Positions 9,429-19,441 are shown, numbered from the stretch's first letter. The stretch is DNA of 64,000 nt from Pseudomonadota bacterium (GCA_048498015.1 JBEHYU010000019.1:523-64522); one strand, 5' to 3'. Notes: generated from the letters alone by a model not told the origin. Numbers and translations: made by a program.

Positions 9429-10505
9429 ATGAACAGACTCATTGCCGCCGGCGTCGCGCTCGTCGTCATCATCTACCTGCTGTTCTCGTCGCTCTATGTG
9501 GTGAACGTGCGCGAGCAGGCCATCATCATGCGCTTCGGCAAGATCACCGACGTCAAGTCGGAGCCGGGGCTCTACTTCAAGCTGCCCACCTCGCTGGTCG
9601 ACACCGTGCAGATCGTCGAGGACCGGCTGCTGCGCTACGACATCGCCAACATGGACCTGCAGGTCAATGACGGCGCGACCTATGTGGTCGATGCCTTCCT
9701 GACCTACCGCATTGCCGATCCGAAACTGTTCCGCGAGCGTGCGCAGGGCAGCCTCGACATCGCCGAGCGGCGTATCGGCACCAGCTTCGACGCCGCGCTG
9801 CGCCAGGTCTACGGCAAGCGAGACTTCAACGACGCGCTTTCGGCCAAGCGGGCCGAGATGATGACCGAGGCGCGCGATCTCATTCGCCCGGGTTTGGCCG
9901 AACTGGGCATCGAGGTCACCGATGTGCGCATCGTGCGCACCGATCTCGACGCGAAAGTCTCGCAGACCACGTTCGAACGCATGTCGGCCGAGCGTCTCGC
10001 CCAGGCGGCGGCCATTCGTGCCGGCGGCCAGCAGGCGGCGCAGTCGCTGCGCGCGATCGCCGACCGCCAGTCGGTGGAGATCGTGGCGGCGGCCAACAAG
10101 GACAGCGAGATCCTGCGCGGCGAGGGCGATGCCCAGCGCAGCGCCATCTACGCGCAGGCCTATGGGGCGGACCCGGAATTCTTCGAATTCTACCGCTCGC
10201 TGCAGTCGTACCGGACGGCGCTGGGCAGCAACGGCACCACCATGGTGCTGTCGCCGGACAGCCAGTTCTTCCAGTACTTCAAGGCCGACACGCTGAACGG
10301 CACCGTGCCGCAGCCGGCGTCCCCGGACGGCATCGCGCCGCTGCCCTCGACGGAATTGTCCGTCCCCGAGCCGACCGACGTGCTGCCGCCCGACAATGCG
10401 ACTGACGATGGCTCGGTTTCGGTGCCGCCGGTAGCGGACGACACGACCACGGTGCCGCCGGCTTCATCCGAACCGCCGCTGGCCTCGAGCTCGGTTGCCC
10501 AATAG
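9429..10505 (+). CDS. hflC: FtsH protease modulator HflC
   Basis: N-terminal TM, PGLYFKLP, RMSAER, DPEFFEFYRSLQSY, VLSPDSQFFQYF. Confidence 0.97.
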   Translation: MNRLIAAGVALVVIIYLLFSSLYVVNVREQAIIMRFGKITDVKSEPGLYFKLPTSLVDTVQIVEDRLLRYDIANMDLQVNDGATYVVDAFLTYRIADPKLFRERAQGSLDIAERRIGTSFDAALRQVYGKRDFNDALSAKRAEMMTEARDLIRPGLAELGIEVTDVRIVRTDLDAKVSQTTFERMSAERLAQAAAIRAGGQQAAQSLRAIADRQSVEIVAAANKDSEILRGEGDAQRSAIYAQAYGADPEFFEFYRSLQSYRTALGSNGTTMVLSPDSQFFQYFKADTLNGTVPQPASPDGIAPLPSTELSVPEPTDVLPPDNATDDGSVSVPPVADDTTTVPPASSEPPLASSSVAQ

Positions 10506-10651
10506 CGGCCAAGCTGCCGCCCGAAAGAGGGACTAAACAGGGGGCCGGTGACGTTCAGTCATCGGCCTCAAATTTTCGTGGGGGCGCACTGCTTGCGCCC
10601 CGCACCGAGTTGCTTTCAATGTGACGGCCGACAGGCTTGGGGGTTTTCGAC

Positions 10652-12124
10652 ATGACGATGCGGATCGCGCGGGCGCTGCTGACGGCGACGATGCTGGCGC
10701 TGAGCCTGCCCGCCGCCACGCTGGCGCAAGGCCCTGAATCGGTGGCCAAACTCGCTTCCACCCTGTCGCCGGCCGTCGTCAATATCGGCTCCACCAAGCA
10801 CATCCCCAACGGCAATGGCGAAGCCTATCCGACCGCGCCGGACGGCTCGCCGCTCGGCCAGCTGTTCGACGATCTCAACCCCAATAACGGGCAGGGTCCC
10901 GACGCGATGTCCGAAGCGCGCAGCCTCGGCTCGGGCTTCCTGATCTCGGCCGACGGCACCATCGTCACCAACAACCACGTCATCGACGGCGCCGACGAAA
11001 TCACCGTGATGATGACCGACGGCACGCGCTTGCCGGCGAAGTTGGTGGGCGCCGACGACAAGGCGGACCTCGCCGTCATCAAGGTCGATGCCGGCCATCC
11101 GCTGCCCTTCGTGCAGTTCGGCGACAGCGACAAGGCCGAGGTCGGCGACTGGGTGATGGCGATCGGCAATCCGTTCGGGCTGGGCGGCTCGGTGACGCTG
11201 GGCATCGTCTCGGCCCGCGACCGCGACATCCAGTCGGGCCCATACGACGATTTCATCCAGACCGACGCGGCCATCAACCAGGGCAATTCCGGCGGGCCGC
11301 TGTTCGACATGGATGGCAAGGTGGTGGGCATCAACACCGCCATCATCGCCCGCGGCGGCGCCTCGCTCGGCATCGGCTTTGCGGTGCCGGTCAACCTGGC
11401 GCGCCCGGTAGTCGAGCAACTGGCGCAATATGGCGAGACGCGCCGCGGCTGGCTCGGTGTCGGCATCCAGGAGGTGACGCCCGACATCGCGGCGAGCCTC
11501 GGGCGCCCCAACACCAATGGCGCGATGGTCGTCGACGTCACCAGGACTGGCCCGGCCGACGGCATCGTCGAGCAGGGCGACGTGATCCTGCAGTTCAACG
11601 GCAAGGACATCGTCAAGCTCAAGGATTTGCCGCGCTACGTCGCCGAGACGGCGGTCGGCCAGAAGGTCAAGGTCATGGTGCTGCGCGGCGGCGCCGAGAC
11701 GACGCTCGACGTCACCCTCGGCCGGCTTGAGGCGGGCCAACCCACGGTCGCCGCGCTCAAGGAGCCGCTGGCCGCGCCGGCGCCCGATGGCGACGACGAC
11801 ACCGCCGACGCCACGCCGCCGCCACTCAAGGACATGCTGGGCCTCGATGTCGGCGCCATCGATGACGCCGCAAAGACCAGGTTCAAGCTCAAGGGCGAGC
11901 CCAAAGGGGTCGTCATCACCGACGTCGCCAAGGGCTCCGACGCCGACCGCCAGGGCCTTGTCACCGGCATGGTGATCAGCGAAGTGAACCAGCAGAAGGT
12001 CACCGACATCGCCGACATCACCGACAAGGTCGACGCCGCCCGCACCGCCGGCCGCCCGGCCGTCCTGTTCAAGGTCACCGACCCCACCGGCTCGAGCCGC
12101 TTCGTGGCGGTGCGGTTGAACTAG
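10652..12124 (+). CDS. degP: Periplasmic HtrA/DegP(DegQ) serine protease with two PDZ domains
   Basis: Signal peptide; SLGSGF, TNNHVI, DLAVIK, QTDAAINQGNSGGPL; RGWLGV PDZ. Confidence 0.93.
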   Translation: MTMRIARALLTATMLALSLPAATLAQGPESVAKLASTLSPAVVNIGSTKHIPNGNGEAYPTAPDGSPLGQLFDDLNPNNGQGPDAMSEARSLGSGFLISADGTIVTNNHVIDGADEITVMMTDGTRLPAKLVGADDKADLAVIKVDAGHPLPFVQFGDSDKAEVGDWVMAIGNPFGLGGSVTLGIVSARDRDIQSGPYDDFIQTDAAINQGNSGGPLFDMDGKVVGINTAIIARGGASLGIGFAVPVNLARPVVEQLAQYGETRRGWLGVGIQEVTPDIAASLGRPNTNGAMVVDVTRTGPADGIVEQGDVILQFNGKDIVKLKDLPRYVAETAVGQKVKVMVLRGGAETTLDVTLGRLEAGQPTVAALKEPLAAPAPDGDDDTADATPPPLKDMLGLDVGAIDDAAKTRFKLKGEPKGVVITDVAKGSDADRQGLVTGMVISEVNQQKVTDIADITDKVDAARTAGRPAVLFKVTDPTGSSRFVAVRLN

Positions 12125-12127
12125 CGG

Positions 12128-12673
12128 CTAGCGCCTCAGCCGATACAGCACATGCGGCCTCAGCCGATGACCCTCGGGCACTTTCGGGTGGTCGAAATCG
12201 TCCGCAGCATCACGGGTCATGCCGAGCTTCTCCATCACGCGGCGGCTGGGCGCGTTGCCCTCGTAGGTGAAGGCGACGATTTCGGGCAGGCCGAGCGTGC
12301 CGAAGCCATAATCGAGCCACGCCCGAGCGCCTTCGGGCGCGAGGCCCTGTCCCCACACCGCCTTGTCGAACTGCCAGCCGACTTCCACCGCCGGATGGCC
12401 ATTCAGCACCGCGCGCGTCGCCTCGGGGATCGTACCAAGGCCGATGACGCCGATAGTTTTACCGGTGGCCTTGAGCTCGGCCGCCTGCAGATGGAACCCG
12501 CCCGCGGCCCAGGCGGCGAGCGAGGCGTCCATCGCCGCGTCGGCTGCCTCGGGCGTCATCGTCTCGAGGTAGAAGCGCCGCACATGCGCGTCGCCCAGAA
12601 TGCGCCGCATCGGCAGCCGGTCGCTGTCGCGCCAGGGACGAAGCAGCAGCCGCTCCGTCTCGAGCGTGATCAC
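12128..12673 (-). CDS. GNAT acetyltransferase, RimJ/RimL family
   Basis: LETERLLLRPW, EVGW...WGQGLAPEGA, NAPSRRVMEKLGM. Confidence 0.9.
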   Translation of the reverse strand: MITLETERLLLRPWRDSDRLPMRRILGDAHVRRFYLETMTPEAADAAMDASLAAWAAGGFHLQAAELKATGKTIGVIGLGTIPEATRAVLNGHPAVEVGWQFDKAVWGQGLAPEGARAWLDYGFGTLGLPEIVAFTYEGNAPSRRVMEKLGMTRDAADDFDHPKVPEGHRLRPHVLYRLRR

Positions 12674-13542
12674 CGCACGAACTCGTCGTCGCTGTAGCCC
12701 TGCAGATAGAGCAGCGCCGTGAGGTCGCCATGGTCGATCTTGACCTCAGCCTGTGCCGCCACCACTGGCTTGGCGTGCAGCGCCACGCCCATGCCGGCCG
12801 CCTTGATCATGTCGAGGTCGTTGGCGCCGTCACCGACCGCCATCGTCGCCGCCATCGGCACGTCGTGGAAGGCGGCGAGCGTCTGGAGGCGGCTGAGCTT
12901 GGCTTCCTTGCCGATGATCGGGTCGGCGACGGTGCCGGTCAGCCGGTCGCCATCGAACTCCAGCACATTGGCCATCATCTCGTCGAAGCCGATGCGCTTG
13001 CCGATCCAGTCGGCAAAGAAGGTGAAGCCGCCCGACACCAGCGAGGTATAGGCGCCATAGGCCTTCATGGTCTGGATCAGCGCCCGCCCGCCCGGCGTGA
13101 AGCTGATGCGCTCGCGGCGGATTTCCTCGATGCGCGCCCGCTCGAGCCCCTTGAGCAGGCCGACCCGGGTCCGCAGCGCCGCGGGGAAATCGAGTTCGCC
13201 GTTCATCGCGCGCGCCGTGATGGCCGCGACCTCGGCCTTGATGCCCACCGCGTCGGCCAGCTCGTCGATGCATTCCTGCTCGATCATGGTGGAATCCATG
13301 TCGGCGAGCAGCAGCCGCTTGCGCCGGTTGGCGAGCGGCACCTGCGCGACGTCGACCGGCTTGCCGGCGACCAGCTCGCGCGCCGCCTCGGCGGCGTTCG
13401 CCAGTTGCGGCTTGACGAACTCGACCGCGATGCGCTGGTTGAGCACGTTGATCTCGCCGCCCACCGCCTTGTGCACGGCATTGGCGAGGGCCATGTCGAG
13501 CACCGGCTCGGCGGGGTTGGCGATGAGGACGAGGACCGACAT
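12670..13542 (-). CDS. serB: Phosphoserine phosphatase
   Basis: HAD motifs ADMDSTMI.QECIDELA, LVSGGF, AVGDGANDLDM; real start MSVLVLIAN at 13542. Confidence 0.96.
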   Translation of the reverse strand: MSVLVLIANPAEPVLDMALANAVHKAVGGEINVLNQRIAVEFVKPQLANAAEAARELVAGKPVDVAQVPLANRRKRLLLADMDSTMIEQECIDELADAVGIKAEVAAITARAMNGELDFPAALRTRVGLLKGLERARIEEIRRERISFTPGGRALIQTMKAYGAYTSLVSGGFTFFADWIGKRIGFDEMMANVLEFDGDRLTGTVADPIIGKEAKLSRLQTLAAFHDVPMAATMAVGDGANDLDMIKAAGMGVALHAKPVVAAQAEVKIDHGDLTALLYLQGYSDDEFVR

Positions 13543-14421
13543 TTGAGTTCCGGGGCGCGGAAAAGAGCGGTTCTGATAGCGGGTCCGACTGCCAGCGGCA
13601 AGTCGGCGCTGGCGCTGGAGAAGGCCCGCCAGTTGGGCGGCGTGATCGTCAATGCCGACGCGCTGCAGGTCTATGACGGGCTGCGCCTCGTCACGGCGCG
13701 GCCCAGCGAAGCCGACATGGCGCTGGCGCCGCATCTGCTCTACGGCACCGTGCCGCCGTCGCGCCGCTTCTCGACCGGCGACTGGGCCCGCGCGGCAGAG
13801 GCGATCATCGCGGCAGCAGACGACCGGCCGCTGATCTTCGCCGGCGGAACGGGACTCTACTTCGCGACGCTCACCGCCGGTTTCGCCGAAGTGCCGGAGG
13901 TCCCACCCGAAGCCGTCACCGCCGCCGAGGCGCAAGTGGCGGGCCTCGACCGCGAAGCGCGGGGCCGGCTCATCGCCGCGCGCGATCCGGTCATCGCAGC
14001 GCGCCTCAAGGCACCCGACCCGCAGCGCGTCATTCGCGCGCTGGCCGTGCTCGACGCCACCGGCCGCTCGCTCGCCAGCTTCCAGGACGAGACGCACAGG
14101 CCGCTGCTCGAGGGCTGGGACCTCGAGAAGCTCGTGCTGAACCCTGATCGCGACATCCTGCGCCAACGCATCGCCCGCCGCTTCGAGACCATGCTCGACT
14201 CCGGCGCCATCGACGAGGTGCGCGCCCTGCTCGACCTCGGCCTCGATCCGTCATTGCCCGCGATGAAGGCTATCGGCGTGCCCGAGATCGCCATGCTGCT
14301 GCGCGGCGAGATCGACCGCGCCAGCATGCTGGAGCGCGCCGTCATCGCGTCGCGCCAATACGCCAAGCGGCAGCGCACCTGGTTCCGCGCCCGCATGGCG
14401 GACTGGGAGTGGCTGGCCTAG
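13543..14421 (+). CDS. miaA: tRNA dimethylallyltransferase
   Basis: IAGPTASGKS P-loop, NADALQVY, GGTGLY, KAIGVPE, RQYAKRQRTWFR; TTG at 13543 is the nearest usable start. Confidence 0.95.
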   Translation: MSSGARKRAVLIAGPTASGKSALALEKARQLGGVIVNADALQVYDGLRLVTARPSEADMALAPHLLYGTVPPSRRFSTGDWARAAEAIIAAADDRPLIFAGGTGLYFATLTAGFAEVPEVPPEAVTAAEAQVAGLDREARGRLIAARDPVIAARLKAPDPQRVIRALAVLDATGRSLASFQDETHRPLLEGWDLEKLVLNPDRDILRQRIARRFETMLDSGAIDEVRALLDLGLDPSLPAMKAIGVPEIAMLLRGEIDRASMLERAVIASRQYAKRQRTWFRARMADWEWLA

Positions 14422-15833
14422 ACGATCGCCCGGCGCGTCAGCCCGAGCCGTTCGCGCATTGCAAAGCGGATGGTGAGAACGATGGCGACCGATGCCAGCC
14501 CCGCGGCAAGGCCGATCCAGACGCCGACGCCCTCCAGGCCGAAGGTGAAGCCGCACAGATACGCGACCGGCGCGCCGACCAGCCAGTAGCCGACCAGCGC
14601 CACCACCAGCGGCAAATTGGTGTCGCCGAGGCCGCGCAGCGCCGCGCCCATCGTCGCCTGCGTGCCGTCGAACAGCTGGAACAGCCCGCCCACCATCAGG
14701 AAGCTCGCCGCGAGCGCCACCGCATGGGTGTTGGCCGGATTGGCCGGATCGAGGAACAGGCTCGCGAGCTGGGTGGGGATGGTCAGGAAGAGCACCGCCA
14801 TGGTGCCCATGAAGATGAGCGTCACCGCTTGCGCCGACCAGCCGGCCTTGCCGATGCCGTCATGGTTGCGCTCACCGAAGGCGATGCCGACGCGCACCGT
14901 CGCCGCCTGTGCGATGGCGAGCGGCACCATGAACGAGATCGAGCTCAGCTGCAGCGCGATGGCGTGCGCCGCCACCGAATCCTGCCCGATCCAGCCCTGC
15001 AGCAGCGAGGCCGAGGTAAACAGCAGCACTTCGGCCAGCGACATCAGGCCGATTGGAATGCCGATCCGCCACACCGCGAAGAAGCGCGGCCAGTCGGGCA
15101 CGAAGAAACGGTGGAACGGGTGGTAGCGGCGGAATTTTCGATGCAACAGCGCATAGAGCACGATCAGCGCCAGCATGACGAAGTTGACCAGCGTCGTGGC
15201 AATGGCGGAGCCGGCGAGCTCGAGGCGCGGAAAGCCCCAATTGCCGAAGATCAGCGCGTAGTCGCACAGCGCATTCACCACCACGCCCGCCAGCGTGATG
15301 AACAGGATCACCCGCGTCGCGCCATGCGCGGCGAGGAAGGAGCGGAACACGATGATCTGCAGCGCCGGGAACATCAGCCAGACGCCAAAGTGGACGAAGC
15401 GCTCGGCCATCGCCGTCAGTTCGGGGTCCTGGCCCAGCGCGTGGTAGATTGGAGCGATGTTCCAGCAGATCGGCACCAGCACGCCCGCCGTCACGAGGCC
15501 GACCCACATGCCCTGCCGGAGGGTGTGCCGCACGAGGCGGAAATCGCGCGCCCCCAGGGCCTGCGCCACCAGCGGCGCGACGGCGCCGGCGACGCCGATG
15601 CCGAACAGCTGCATGGCGACGAACAGCGCATTGGCGAGCGCCGCGGCGGCCAGGAATTTCGGCCCGAGCCAGCCCAGCATGATGACGTCGGTGGTAAACA
15701 GCGCGTTCTGCGCGAGCTGCGCCAGCACCAGCGGCCAGGCAAGCGACAGCAGCGCCCGGAACTCACCGCCCCAGCTATGCGACGCAACAGGAATATCGGC
15801 GCCGGAGACCGGCGCCGCGCTATCGGCAGTCAT
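14418..15833 (-). CDS. MATE family efflux transporter (NorM-like)
   Basis: LAWPLVLAQLAQ...TDVIMLG, FGNWGFPRLELAGSAIAT, QLFDGTQ...GALRGLGDT; about 12 TM segments. Confidence 0.93.
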   Translation of the reverse strand: MTADSAAPVSGADIPVASHSWGGEFRALLSLAWPLVLAQLAQNALFTTDVIMLGWLGPKFLAAAALANALFVAMQLFGIGVAGAVAPLVAQALGARDFRLVRHTLRQGMWVGLVTAGVLVPICWNIAPIYHALGQDPELTAMAERFVHFGVWLMFPALQIIVFRSFLAAHGATRVILFITLAGVVVNALCDYALIFGNWGFPRLELAGSAIATTLVNFVMLALIVLYALLHRKFRRYHPFHRFFVPDWPRFFAVWRIGIPIGLMSLAEVLLFTSASLLQGWIGQDSVAAHAIALQLSSISFMVPLAIAQAATVRVGIAFGERNHDGIGKAGWSAQAVTLIFMGTMAVLFLTIPTQLASLFLDPANPANTHAVALAASFLMVGGLFQLFDGTQATMGAALRGLGDTNLPLVVALVGYWLVGAPVAYLCGFTFGLEGVGVWIGLAAGLASVAIVLTIRFAMRERLGLTRRAIV

Positions 15834-15907
15834 CTCGAAATCCACTCGCTGCGCCGCGTGTACCGGATGGCGCAAGGGTTGGGAAGGGCAGGACAGTCGG
15901 CACGGAC

Positions 15908-15977
15908 ATCCTCCCCCCTGGTGGGGGAGGATAGCGGCGCTAGGAGCGAAGCGACGTAGCGCAGCTTGGTGAGGGGG
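15908..15977. repeat. Family-A palindromic intergenic repeat, single unit
   Basis: Hairpin ATCCTCCCCC-CTGGT-GGGGGAGGAT followed by AGCGGCGCTAGGAGCGAAGCGAC..GGTGAGGGGG, similar to 27611-27682. Confidence 0.75.
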
Positions 15978-16035
15978 TGTTTGCTATCAGTCATTCAGGG
16001 CCGACCGACTGAAGCCAAGAACCCCTCGGCTCTGC

Positions 16036-16356
16036 CTACAGCTCCCCCACCGACCCCACGAACCTCACCCACCCGCCCCGATTGCTCTCCCGCACGAAAT
16101 CCCTCAGCGGTCCGGACTTTTCCGTATATGCCGAGATGTCCCCCGCGATCGCCACCCGCAGCCGGTAATTGGTGAATTTCTGCAGCACCGCGCCGGCGAG
16201 CCCGCTGGCCAGCCGGAAGAAATCGGGCGACAGCCGCTCCACCGGAATGACCACCAGCTCGACGCCCTCCATGCCGAAGGCCTCGCCGATGATGTCGTTG
16301 GCGTCGCTTTCGCGGGCGATGATCGGGCCGTCGGGGCTGAGGGTCAGGGTGCTCAT
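16036..16356 (-). CDS. DUF4180-family protein
   Basis: DFFRLASGLAGAVLQKFTNYRLRVAIAGDIS...LRDFVRESNRG. Confidence 0.88.
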   Translation of the reverse strand: MSTLTLSPDGPIIARESDANDIIGEAFGMEGVELVVIPVERLSPDFFRLASGLAGAVLQKFTNYRLRVAIAGDISAYTEKSGPLRDFVRESNRGGWVRFVGSVGEL

Positions 16357-16428
16357 GGCCGCGCTCTAGCCGAGTTGCCCGCGACACCACAAGGGCGCAT
16401 GCTGCGCCGTCTCCGGGGGGAGGGCGCC

Positions 16429-17385
16429 ATGAAGTTCGGCATCATGGGTTCGGGCGGCACCGGCGCCTATACCGGCGCCCGCCTGCAGGCGGCAGGGCAC
16501 GACGTCGCCTTCATCGCGCGGCGCGACAATCTGGCGGCAATGCAGAGCACCGGCCTTACCGTGCTCAGTCCGGCCGGCGACACGATACTGCCGGTGGTCC
16601 GCGCCACCGATGACCCACGCACCGTCGGGCCGGTCGATATCGTGCTGTTCTCGGTGAAACTCTGGGACACCGTGCCGGCCGCCATCCTGATGCGGCCCAT
16701 GGTCGGCCCGGACACGCTCGTCGTCACCGTGCAGAACGGCATCGACAGCGCCGACATGATCGGGGAGCGCATTGCGCGCAACCAGGTGGCGCGCGGCGCC
16801 TATTACATCTCGGCTCATCTCGAGCAGCCGGGGCTAGTGCGCCACGCCGGCGGACTGCATCGGATCACTGTAGAGAGCCTCGGGGGCGACGAGCGCCTGC
16901 AGCGCTTCGCCGAGGCCTGCAACGCCACGCCGGGGCTCGATTGCGAGCTCGTCGATGATGGTGACGCCCTGTTGTGGAGCAAGTTCATCCTGCTCTCGGC
17001 ATTCTCGGGCGCGACGGCGCTGATGCGTGCGCCGCTGGGGGCGATCCGCGACAATCCGGAAGCCGAGCCCTTCCTGCGCCAGCTGATCGACGAAGCCCAG
17101 GCGGTCGCGGTTGCGACCGGCCGGCCCGGCCTTGGCACCCTGGGCGAGGACGCCAGGGCCAGGCTCTACAAGCACGCCGCCAATGCGCGGGCGTCGATGG
17201 CCGAAGATCTGCTGCATAACCGCAGGCTGGAGCTGCGTTGGCTGTCGGGCCGCGTGCATTCGCTGGGCCTGGAACTGGGGGTGCCGACGCCCGCCCACAC
17301 GGCGGTGTTCCGGGCGCTGGTGCTGTACGAACATGGCGTGCTGATGCTCGCGCCCGACCAGCTCAGGGAGCTCAAGGGCGCATAG
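16429..17385 (+). CDS. panE: Ketopantoate reductase family (PanE/ApbA)
   Basis: GSGGTG Rossmann motif, VKLWD, QNGID, WSKF, ASMAEDL...LEL..LSG, GVPTP. Confidence 0.8.
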   Translation: MKFGIMGSGGTGAYTGARLQAAGHDVAFIARRDNLAAMQSTGLTVLSPAGDTILPVVRATDDPRTVGPVDIVLFSVKLWDTVPAAILMRPMVGPDTLVVTVQNGIDSADMIGERIARNQVARGAYYISAHLEQPGLVRHAGGLHRITVESLGGDERLQRFAEACNATPGLDCELVDDGDALLWSKFILLSAFSGATALMRAPLGAIRDNPEAEPFLRQLIDEAQAVAVATGRPGLGTLGEDARARLYKHAANARASMAEDLLHNRRLELRWLSGRVHSLGLELGVPTPAHTAVFRALVLYEHGVLMLAPDQLRELKGA

Positions 17386-17420
17386 AATAAAGGCGCCGGG
17401 GTTACCGGCGCCTTCGTTTA
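17386..17420. terminator. Bidirectional intrinsic terminator
   Basis: AAGGCGCCGG-N5-CCGGCGCCTT stem between convergent genes, A/T-rich on both sides. Confidence 0.75.
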
Positions 17421-17423
17421 GCT

Positions 17424-17819
17424 TTACCACCACCAGGGGTGCGGCCCCATCGGGTAGGGATGCGGATGCATCGGGTAGTACGGCCCCGGCGTACCGAAGC
17501 CGAAGCTGAATTGCACGCTCGGACGCGTCGGCGCGCGGTAGTAGCGCGGCGGGCCGTTGTAGCTGGCATTGCTGAGATAGGCGCAGCTCACCCAGCCATC
17601 GGCGCCGGTCTTGCTGATCTTGCACCAGCCGCCGGCCTGGCCCGTGATGTTCACGTGCTGGCCCGTATAGAGCGCATCGACGATGCGATAGTTCGTGCCC
17701 GGGCCGGAGCGGACATTGACCGCCGTCGTGGCGGTCGCTGCGAAGGCCGCTCCTGCCGAGAGCGCCGCAACCACGATGCCAAGACCTGCAGCCTTGCTGA
17801 GGTTGGATTTGAGAGTCAT
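17424..17819 (-). CDS. Secreted bacterial SH3-domain protein with Pro/Tyr/Trp-rich tail
   Basis: Signal peptide (AFA), VNVRSGPGTNY...GWC...GWVS; ends PYYPMHPHPYPMGPHPWWW. Confidence 0.88.
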   Translation of the reverse strand: MTLKSNLSKAAGLGIVVAALSAGAAFAATATTAVNVRSGPGTNYRIVDALYTGQHVNITGQAGGWCKISKTGADGWVSCAYLSNASYNGPPRYYRAPTRPSVQFSFGFGTPGPYYPMHPHPYPMGPHPWWW

Positions 17820-17960
17820 AGCGAGTTCCTTTCTCGCCCCTTACCCGGACAACAGCCCAAGGTGGCCTGCTGTTCCAGTGAAAAAGCGGCAATGTTTCCG
17901 TCAGGAAGTTAATGTTCGCGAGCCCCCGGAGTTCCCGCCCCTCCGCGTCCCGTGAACAGG

Positions 17961-18374
17961 TCAGGCCTCGACCACGACGTAGTCGTTCTCGACCTGGACG
18001 CTGACCGTCTCGGCCTTGTACGGGCCCTCGACGATGTCGCTGCCGGCGTCGACGCGCACGGGCAGGGGGCGGGCCTTCTGGCGGATGGCGCGGCAGAACG
18101 ATTGCCCCGAGCGCACGTCGAACTCCCAGCCATGCCAGGGGCAGCGGATGATCTCGCCCGGTTTGCTGTACGTGTAGTTCCCCGGCTCGCTGGATTGCAG
18201 CAGGCCGGTGAGCACGCCCTGCGCCAGGCTGCCGCCATTGTGCGGGCATTTGTCGTAAAGGCCGAAATACTCGCCCTTGATGTTGAACACCACCACGGCG
18301 CGCTCGTTGACCGTCAGCGTCCTGCGCGTCCCCGGCGGGAAGTCGGCGGTGGCGGCGACGATATGCCTGGTCAT
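17961..18374 (-). CDS. Rieske [2Fe-2S] ferredoxin
   Basis: CPH...CPWHGWEFD; start overlaps the upstream amidohydrolase stop. Confidence 0.93.
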   Translation of the reverse strand: MTRHIVAATADFPPGTRRTLTVNERAVVVFNIKGEYFGLYDKCPHNGGSLAQGVLTGLLQSSEPGNYTYSKPGEIIRCPWHGWEFDVRSGQSFCRAIRQKARPLPVRVDAGSDIVEGPYKAETVSVQVENDYVVVEA

Positions 18375-19441
18375 CAGCGCGAGCCGTAGACCGAGCGCGC
18401 GTTGCCGGAAAAGAACATCGCCTTCTGCTCATCGCTCGCGGGGAACAGGATCACCCGCGCCGGATCGTCGAAATCCCAGTGCGGATAGTCCGAGGAGAAC
18501 ATGATTCTATCCCAGCCGAGCCAGTTGAAGATGTCGGCGAGATAGCGCCGGTTCTCGGGCTCGTCCATCGGCTGGCTGGTCCACCAGACATTGCGCTTCA
18601 CGTACTCGCTCGGCGCCATCGTCAGATGCGGCACTTCAGATTTAAGCGTCTTCCAGTGCTTGTCGAGCCGCCACAGCAGCGAGGGCGCCCAGGTGAAGCC
18701 GGATTCGATCAGCACCAGCTTCAGCGCCGGCCAGCGCTCGAACACGCCCTCGACGATGAGGCTCACCAGCCCCGACTGGCTGGTCTGCGCGTGGCCGACC
18801 ATCTCTTCCATATAGTAGCTCGGCCAGCCCACGCTGCTCACCGGCCAGCCGGAATTGCCGAACGCATGCACGCCCACCGGCAGCCCCGCCTCCACCGCCG
18901 CCTCGTAGATCGGCCAGTAGCGGCGATTGCCGGGCAGGAACGAGGTGCGCGACAGCAGCAGCACCTGCACGAAGCTGCCGTCGCCGGCCCAGTGCCGGAT
19001 CTCCGCCGCCGCGGCCACCGGGTCCTCGTAAGGCACCACGATCGAGGCATGCAGCCGCTTCTCGTTGGCGACCCATATCTCGGCCTGCCAGTGATTGATC
19101 GCCCGGCACAGCGCGATGGAATGATCGAGATTGCGCACCCCCTGCGACTGCACCAGCGGGTTGAGGATGCCGAAGCCGATATTGTGCGCATCGAGCAGCT
19201 GCTTCTGCAAAAAGCTTAGGCTCGAGCCCTGCGGCCCGCCCTCGGGCGGGTAGGCGTCGCGCCGCGAGGCGTTGGGCTGGCTCTTGTGATAGGGCGCGCC
19301 GGTCACGTAATGCGTCTGGCGCAGCGCGCCGTACTCGCGGAAATGTTCGACCCAGCGCCGCTCGAGCCACGGCTCGAGATCCGCCATCGAGCGCACCGCC
19401 GGATGGATATCGCAATCATAGATGCCACCGGCCTCACTCAT
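18374..19441 (-). CDS. Amidohydrolase_2-fold protein, probable catalytic subunit of a dinuclear oxygenase
   Basis: DCDIH, GVHAFG, IESG, SSDYPHWDFD motifs. Confidence 0.8.
   Translation of the reverse strand: MSEAGGIYDCDIHPAVRSMADLEPWLERRWVEHFREYGALRQTHYVTGAPYHKSQPNASRRDAYPPEGGPQGSSLSFLQKQLLDAHNIGFGILNPLVQSQGVRNLDHSIALCRAINHWQAEIWVANEKRLHASIVVPYEDPVAAAAEIRHWAGDGSFVQVLLLSRTSFLPGNRRYWPIYEAAVEAGLPVGVHAFGNSGWPVSSVGWPSYYMEEMVGHAQTSQSGLVSLIVEGVFERWPALKLVLIESGFTWAPSLLWRLDKHWKTLKSEVPHLTMAPSEYVKRNVWWTSQPMDEPENRRYLADIFNWLGWDRIMFSSDYPHWDFDDPARVILFPASDEQKAMFFSGNARSVYGSR

Noticed and set aside
12670-14421. Apparent 498-aa SerB and 563-aa MiaA with long overlaps
   Set aside because: The extensions are antisense read-through of each other; conserved domains start at 13542 and 13543
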